From assembly GCA_902624015.1 (NCBI GenBank), contig CACNVV010000002.1, forward strand, positions 25,325 to 89,324: a DNA stretch of 64,000 bases, given 5' to 3'. This document shows positions 58,548-64,000 of this stretch, piece after piece (the stretch's first letter is position 1; each line of letters begins with the position of its first letter). The DNA is from an uncultured Pelagibacteraceae bacterium (GTDB lineage: Bacteria > Pseudomonadota > Alphaproteobacteria > Pelagibacterales > Pelagibacteraceae). Below the pieces are notes generated by a model. The model had not been told where the DNA came from and made no database searches. It saw nothing but the letters and a program-made list of their open reading frames with translations. A program made the position numbers and the translations under genes.

Positions 58548-60233
58548 TTAGGAATTTTTAAGACCCTCAATTACTTTAATATTGATTTTTTCTCTCATAT
58601 CGTCTTCGGTGTCATCAAAAGTTAATACGTTGTTCCAAAAATATCTTGCTTGAATTTTTCGATTTAATTTCCATAAAATGTCTCCATAATGATCATTCAC
58701 GATCGGGTCATCTGGCATTAATTCTACAGCTCTTTTTAGATACTTTTCTGCTTCTACATAGTCCTCTATTAAAAAATAAGCCCATCCAATTGAATCAATA
58801 ATATATGGATCATTGCTTTTTAAATCATATGCTGTTTTCAACATATCCATTGCTTCATTAATTTTATATTCACGCTCTAACCAAGAGTAAGCAAGGTAAT
58901 TTAAAATATATGCATCACTAGGATCAATTTTAAGCGCATGCAATAAATCTTCATCTGACTTTTCATAATTGCCCATTCTTTCATAACTACCACCTCTACG
59001 ATACAATACATCTGATTTGATAAGTGAATTGTCATCCAGTGTTAAAATAATTTCTGTATAACGATCTATTGCCTTTTCATAATTTTTAGAATTTTTATAA
59101 AAATTGGCTAAATCAAAAATCATTTTTATATTTGGATTTTCAATTTTATTAAATTTTGAGTCTATGTATTTAATTCCATTTTCATAATCCTGCTGTTGAA
59201 TTATTATTTGAGCTTCCTTTTTTAATCTAAACCAATAATAAAATTCATCTTCTTTTTTAAAGTTTTTTAAGATCCTTTGTACTTTATCAAATTCATCATT
59301 GAGATAAAAATTTTCTGCAACCAATGACAAATTAAATTCAAACTTGGGATTCAAATAGTTTGACAAATTTAAGTAAAAATTTGATTTCTCAAAATTATCC
59401 TGAGAAGAATAAAGATTAGAGATTAAAAATAAAAACTCACTTACAAGATCATTATGATCTTTGCATGAAAAAATTTTTCCAAAATCATCAAATTTTTCTT
59501 TGTCTACCCAACTTTTGCTTTGTGAGAGTAAAAGTGTTGAATTTATATAATCAATTTGTTCAACAACTAATCTTGCTTCATTTAATTTATTATTATCAAT
59601 TAAATGATTAAGATAAAAGAAAATGTATCTTGAATAATCACCTTGTTGATTATTTATTAAATTAAGAAAAAATGACGAAGTTCTTTTATCTTCAATATAA
59701 CATCTTTGGAATGTCTCGGCTATAAGAGACAAGTTTCCAAAATTTTTTTTGTTATCTAATATTTTTTTATTTCTAAATGTATAAATATACTGTTTTAGAG
59801 TTTCAAATATAACTAGGTTTATTCTATCTTCATCTTGAAATTTTAAACTTTGTATTAAATATTCGTTAGCCTTTTTAAAGTTATTTTTTTTTAAACTGTC
59901 AATTATTAAAATTATATACGCATCATAAAAATCTGAATTAGATTTGTTTGCATTGTTATTTAATACATTAATTGCTTGAGGTACTTTGTTATCTAAAACT
60001 AAAGAGTTAACATATCTTTTTAAATAACTGTCATGTTTGTTAATTAATACTTTGGTTAAGTTAAAAAATTTTAAAGCTTCAGAATTATCTCGATTTTCAA
60101 ATGCAACAATTCCAGAAAAATAATTTGATAAATCTCTTGAGTTGAAATCATTAAAAGTAGCACTTTTAGAATACAAAGGTGTCTGATAAGATATGAATAT
60201 TAATAGTACTAATTTTAGAAATTTTAGGAACAT
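58548..60233 (-). CDS. Exported tetratricopeptide-repeat protein
   Basis: Signal peptide; C-terminal TPRs LNYLAYSW, DSIGWAYF, DPIVNDHYGD; ispE-linked. Confidence 0.85.
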   Translation of the reverse strand: MFLKFLKLVLLIFISYQTPLYSKSATFNDFNSRDLSNYFSGIVAFENRDNSEALKFFNLTKVLINKHDSYLKRYVNSLVLDNKVPQAINVLNNNANKSNSDFYDAYIILIIDSLKKNNFKKANEYLIQSLKFQDEDRINLVIFETLKQYIYTFRNKKILDNKKNFGNLSLIAETFQRCYIEDKRTSSFFLNLINNQQGDYSRYIFFYLNHLIDNNKLNEARLVVEQIDYINSTLLLSQSKSWVDKEKFDDFGKIFSCKDHNDLVSEFLFLISNLYSSQDNFEKSNFYLNLSNYLNPKFEFNLSLVAENFYLNDEFDKVQRILKNFKKEDEFYYWFRLKKEAQIIIQQQDYENGIKYIDSKFNKIENPNIKMIFDLANFYKNSKNYEKAIDRYTEIILTLDDNSLIKSDVLYRRGGSYERMGNYEKSDEDLLHALKIDPSDAYILNYLAYSWLEREYKINEAMDMLKTAYDLKSNDPYIIDSIGWAYFLIEDYVEAEKYLKRAVELMPDDPIVNDHYGDILWKLNRKIQARYFWNNVLTFDDTEDDMREKINIKVIEGLKNS

Positions 60234-60244
60234 GTAACCATACT

Positions 60245-60964
60245 ATGACTAAAAAAATGATAAATCAAAATACCAAATTAAACCAAGAACTAATTAATAC
60301 TATTGAGCCAAAATTTATATTCGCAGATAAGCCAATAAATAGATTTAATATTTTAGAAACGGACAATGACACCCTGCAAATTAATAAAGAAGAATTACTT
60401 AAAAATTTAAAAGATCAAATAAATTCAATTGAAAATTGTAAATTGAAAGAAAATTCAAATAAAATCATTTTAGGTGAGGGAAATATAAATAGCCCTTTAA
60501 TGTTAATTGGAGAATCTCCTGGGGCTGAAGAAGAAAAATTGGGTGTCCCATTTAGAGGAGAGGTTGGTGAACTTCTTAACAAAATGCTTATAGCTATCAA
60601 TATTAAGAGACAAAATATTTATACAAGTTATGCAATCAATTTTAGACCACCTGATGACAGAAAACCAACCTCAACTGAAATTAAAAGATACTCAGTATTT
60701 TTGAAGGAGCATATATCCATTATAAACCCAAAGATTATTGTTTTGATGGGTAGTTCGGCAATGGAGGCTGTAACAGGAATAAGTGAAAAAATAACTACTG
60801 AAAGAGGACATTGGAAGGAAGTGATTTTAAAAAACAAAACATTCCCTTTAATGATAACTTTTAATCCATCTTATTTAATCCGTTTTCCAGAAAATAAAAA
60901 ACACTCATGGGAAGATTTAAAGAAAATTAGAGACAAAATCAAAGATCTTAAGTTAAAAATTTGA
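60245..60964 (+). CDS. Uracil-DNA glycosylase family 4-like protein (degenerate motifs)
   Basis: GE.PG..E...G.PF.G..G.LL..ML, RPP..R.P, RG.W, P.YL.R.P..K..W.DL. Confidence 0.85.
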   Translation: MTKKMINQNTKLNQELINTIEPKFIFADKPINRFNILETDNDTLQINKEELLKNLKDQINSIENCKLKENSNKIILGEGNINSPLMLIGESPGAEEEKLGVPFRGEVGELLNKMLIAINIKRQNIYTSYAINFRPPDDRKPTSTEIKRYSVFLKEHISIINPKIIVLMGSSAMEAVTGISEKITTERGHWKEVILKNKTFPLMITFNPSYLIRFPENKKHSWEDLKKIRDKIKDLKLKI

Positions 60965-61524
60965 TGAAGATAATTGCTGGGGTTGATGAGGTTGGTAGAG
61001 GAAGTTTAATTGGGCCTGTTTATGCTTCAGCAGTAATTTTAAAAAAATCAATTAATTCAAAGTTATTAAAAGATTCAAAATCATTAAGTAAAAAAAAGAG
61101 AGAGTATCTATGTACATATATAAAAAAAAATTCTACTTGGTCCATAGGCAAAGCTTCTGTCAAAGAAATAGAAAAGCTGAATATACTTCAAGCAAGTTTG
61201 CTGGCTATGAAAAGAGCCATCAAAAAACTTAAGAAAAAACCAACACACGTTCTGATAGATGGAAACAAAACTCCAGAATTAGAAAATTATAATTTAAAAT
61301 CAGTTATTAAAGGAGATAAAAAAATCCCCTCTATTTCGGCAGCTTCTATAATTGCGAAAGTATCAAGGGATAAATTTATAACCACCTTGTCAAAAAAAAA
61401 TAAAGGTTATGACTGGGATAAAAACTTTGGGTACGGAACAAAACAGCATTTAAAAGCTTTGAAAAAATTAGGTATTACTAAACATCATAGAAAAACTTTT
61501 TCACCGATATCTAAAATAAATTAA
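60964..61524 (+). CDS. rnhB: Ribonuclease HII
   Basis: GVDEVGRG, DSK, IDG, KGD, AASIIAKV.RD, HRKTF. Confidence 0.97.
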   Translation: MKIIAGVDEVGRGSLIGPVYASAVILKKSINSKLLKDSKSLSKKKREYLCTYIKKNSTWSIGKASVKEIEKLNILQASLLAMKRAIKKLKKKPTHVLIDGNKTPELENYNLKSVIKGDKKIPSISAASIIAKVSRDKFITTLSKKNKGYDWDKNFGYGTKQHLKALKKLGITKHHRKTFSPISKIN

Positions 61525-61563
61525 CACTACATCTAGTTACCTTCTAATTTAGAAACACTAATC

Positions 61564-61616
61564 GAATCCAAATTTTTCAATCTCAGGTTGACCGTAGAAT
61601 CCATTTGGAGTCTAAT
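61564..61616 (+). promoter_or_regulatory. Putative ccrM promoter (TTGACC-N17-TCTAAT) carrying three GANTC sites
   Basis: -35 at 61588-61593, weak -10 at 61611-61616; GAATC 61564, GAATC 61597, GAGTC 61608. Confidence 0.55.
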
Positions 61617-61628
61617 TAATTTTTACAA

Positions 61629-62699
61629 ATGAAAACTGATTTCAAAAATAAAATAATTAATGGAGATAGTCTCGAAGAATTAAAAAAAATTCCACGTGAA
61701 ACTTTTGATTTAATTTTTGCTGACCCTCCTTACAACTTACAATTAAAAAGTGAATTAACAAGACCGGATAGATCAAAGGTTAGTGCGGTAAATGATAAGT
61801 GGGATCAATTTGAAAACTTTAAAAAATATGATGATTTCACTTATGAATGGCTTAGTGAATGTAAAAGAATTTTAAAAAAAGATGGAGCTATTTGGGTTAT
61901 AGGAAGCTACCATAATATTTTTAGAGTTGGCACGGCAATACAAAATTTAGGTTTCTGGATTTTAAATGATGTTATTTGGAATAAAAATAATCCAATGCCA
62001 AACTTTAGAGGGACACGTTTTACTAATGCTCATGAAACTTTAATATGGGCTTCTAAAAGTGAGAAATCAAAATATACATTTAATTATCAATCTTTAAAAT
62101 GTTTAAATGATGATCTTCAAATGAGATCTAATTGGAATCTTCCAATATGCAATGGTTCTGAAAGACTTAAAAAGAATGGAAAAAAAATTCACTCAACACA
62201 AAAACCAGAAGCGCTATTACATAGAATTTTACTAGCTACATCTAATAAAAATGACCTCATACTTGATCCTTTTTTAGGATCAGGAACAACAGCTACAGTA
62301 GCAAAAAAACTAGGAAGAAATTATTTTGGAATAGAAAAAGAACAAAATTATTTTAAAGCTGCTGAGCAACGCATAAAAGAAACAAAACCTATTGAAGATG
62401 ATTTATTAGATACGCTAAAAAATAATAGATCGAAACCAAGAATTCCTTTTGGCTCATTAGTCGAGCTTGGAATAATTAAACCTGGAACTAATATTTTTGA
62501 TAATAAGAAAAAAATAACAGCCAGAATTATGGCTGATGGTAGTATAAAACATAATCAAGCAGAGGGTTCTATACACAAAGTTGCGGCTACTATTTTAGGA
62601 GCAGAAAGTTGCAACGGATGGACTTTTTGGCACTGTGATATAAATGGGCGAACTTATCCTATTGATTATCTAAGACAAAGATTAATTTCTAAAAGTTAA
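61629..62699 (+). CDS. ccrM: Cell-cycle regulated GANTC N6-adenine methyltransferase CcrM
   Basis: FADPPYNLQL, NPMPNFRG.RFTNAHET, HSTQKPE, DPFLGSGTT, C-terminal GSIH..CNGWTFW domain; rnhB-ccrM synteny. Confidence 0.96.
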   Translation: MKTDFKNKIINGDSLEELKKIPRETFDLIFADPPYNLQLKSELTRPDRSKVSAVNDKWDQFENFKKYDDFTYEWLSECKRILKKDGAIWVIGSYHNIFRVGTAIQNLGFWILNDVIWNKNNPMPNFRGTRFTNAHETLIWASKSEKSKYTFNYQSLKCLNDDLQMRSNWNLPICNGSERLKKNGKKIHSTQKPEALLHRILLATSNKNDLILDPFLGSGTTATVAKKLGRNYFGIEKEQNYFKAAEQRIKETKPIEDDLLDTLKNNRSKPRIPFGSLVELGIIKPGTNIFDNKKKITARIMADGSIKHNQAEGSIHKVAATILGAESCNGWTFWHCDINGRTYPIDYLRQRLISKS

Positions 62700-63838
62700 C
62701 TTTTATAAATTTTACCCAAATAACTTTCTAAAAATTTTTTATTTTTAGTTAAAAGTTTTAAAAAAATATTTCTAAATATGATTATAATTGGATTTGATAA
62801 ATGGAAGGCAAATTGATTGAAATTAGATCTACTGTTAATCATTTTTACTCTCTTTAATCTGATATCATAAAAATTATTATTATTTATTAAACATTCATAT
62901 AATTCATTAGCACCCTCAATTGATTGGGAAGCTCCCTGCGCAAATGAAGGTGAAAAAGCAAAAAATGCATCTCCTACAAGGAATATATTTTTTGGAGGAT
63001 TATATAAGTTTTTACTTACAAATATTGGAAATAATTTAATATTTTGAAGACTTTCCAAAAAACTTTGAGAAACTTTTTGAGATAATTTAAATTTAATATT
63101 TTTTATAAAAGAACTCTCAGTAAAAAGATTATAGTTCTCTTGCTCACTTGAATTTAATTTATGTTTTAAAATGCCAATAAAATTCAATTTTTTATCATTA
63201 TTAATTGGATAAACAACATAATGAAAATTTGGTCCTAAAAACAAAGAAATATTTTCTTCATTTATATTTTGAAAATTTTCTCTAGATATAGTGCCCCTAA
63301 TAGCGATCGTATCATTGTAAATTGGTTTTGATTTATTGGCTGAAATTAATAACTTCCCTTTAGAAAACACACCGTCTGAAATAATTAAGTAATCACAAGT
63401 TATATTATTTTTATCAAATGTTAATTTTATTGAATCTTTATCGTAAACAATCTGTTCAATATTGTGGTTATATTTAATCATATCTTCGTTTATTTGTTTT
63501 TTTAAAAATTGAAGCAATTTTGATCTTTTCAATGTTGTGTATTTGCAATCTTCTGAATTAAATTTAGAGATGTCTAAGTCACAAATTTTTTTTGAATTTT
63601 TAATTTCATAAAAATCAATTTTTTTTGGATTAAATTTTTCTTCTTCAGTGAAAGAGGTGAAGCCTATTTTATTTAAAAGCTTTACACTATTTACCGACAA
63701 CTGAATTCCATATCCTTCTTCCATTTCTATTGAATTTCTTTTTTCATAAATCGTAACCTGATAATCCTTATGATCTTTGAATAAATTGGCAATATACAAA
63801 CCAGAAATTCCAGCACCAATTATTGCAATTTTTTTCAT
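62696..63838 (-). CDS. FAD-dependent monooxygenase (class A, salicylate hydroxylase-like)
   Basis: GAGISG, SDG, GDA...P..AQGA.Q.IE fingerprints. Confidence 0.85.
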   Translation of the reverse strand: MKKIAIIGAGISGLYIANLFKDHKDYQVTIYEKRNSIEMEEGYGIQLSVNSVKLLNKIGFTSFTEEEKFNPKKIDFYEIKNSKKICDLDISKFNSEDCKYTTLKRSKLLQFLKKQINEDMIKYNHNIEQIVYDKDSIKLTFDKNNITCDYLIISDGVFSKGKLLISANKSKPIYNDTIAIRGTISRENFQNINEENISLFLGPNFHYVVYPINNDKKLNFIGILKHKLNSSEQENYNLFTESSFIKNIKFKLSQKVSQSFLESLQNIKLFPIFVSKNLYNPPKNIFLVGDAFFAFSPSFAQGASQSIEGANELYECLINNNNFYDIRLKRVKMINSRSNFNQFAFHLSNPIIIIFRNIFLKLLTKNKKFLESYLGKIYKS

Positions 63839-64000
63839 TTATGACTTTCTAAAAATTTAACTATCTTTTTTGTAAATGTTGGCAGTGTATAATTTTGAAG
63901 CTTTGTTGGATCAATCCAATAATTATTTTTATTTAAATTATATTTATTTTTAAATTCAATTTTAATATTCATACTCATATTGGACATTTTAAAATTCAAA
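63835..64000 (-). CDS. mutY: 3' end of probable A/G-specific adenine glycosylase MutY (partial)
   Basis: Manual translation ...YWIDPTKLQNYTLPTFTKKIVKFLESHK* resembles the MutY C-terminus. ccrM/mutY neighbourhood is common in alphaproteobacteria. ATGA overlap with the next gene. Confidence 0.6.
   Translation of the reverse strand, partial: LNFKMSNMSMNIKIEFKNKYNLNKNNYWIDPTKLQNYTLPTFTKKIVKFLESHK

Noticed and set aside
61629-62699. Methyltransferase as part of a restriction-modification or defence system
   Set aside because: Sequence and synteny identify orphan housekeeping CcrM; no adjacent nuclease

Overview
Very AT-rich, extremely gene-dense core-genome window from a streamlined marine alphaproteobacterium, most likely Candidatus Pelagibacter (SAR11). 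This is inferred from composition, Lys/Asn/Ile-rich proteins, minimal spacers and alphaproteobacterial gene families and synteny. Contents in order: partial ligA, bamD, lpxC, a rearranged dcw cluster (mraZ-ftsZ-rsmH-ftsL-ftsI-murE/F fusion-mraY-murD-ftsW-murG-murC-murB-ddl-ftsQ-half-size ftsA), RNase P RNA, amidase, mlaA/mlaC, tRNA-Ile2(CAU), an atypical tRNA-Val(GAC), rpoD-dnaG-yqeY, carAB, an ELM1-family plus 2OG-Fe(II) oxygenase pair, trxB, aminotransferases, uvrB-pteridine reductase-folB-uvrC-pgsA, a MarR/OmpR/EnvZ trio, lgt-midA-pgeF-prs-rplY-pth-ychF, petABC, trmL-hemF-greA, cca, tRNA-Gln, ispE, a TPR protein, a degenerate family-4 UDG, rnhB, ccrM, an FAD monooxygenase and the 3' end of mutY. 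I see no mobile element, prophage, CRISPR array or defence island, and no clearly new multi-gene system. The most unusual signals are remodelled core parts: a half-size FtsA with relocated ftsZ, a tRNA-Val with a rewired elbow, a UDG with substituted active-site residues, the ELM1/oxygenase pair, and GANTC and NrdR-like sites at the ccrM promoter. All protein calls come from motif recognition by eye, not database searches.
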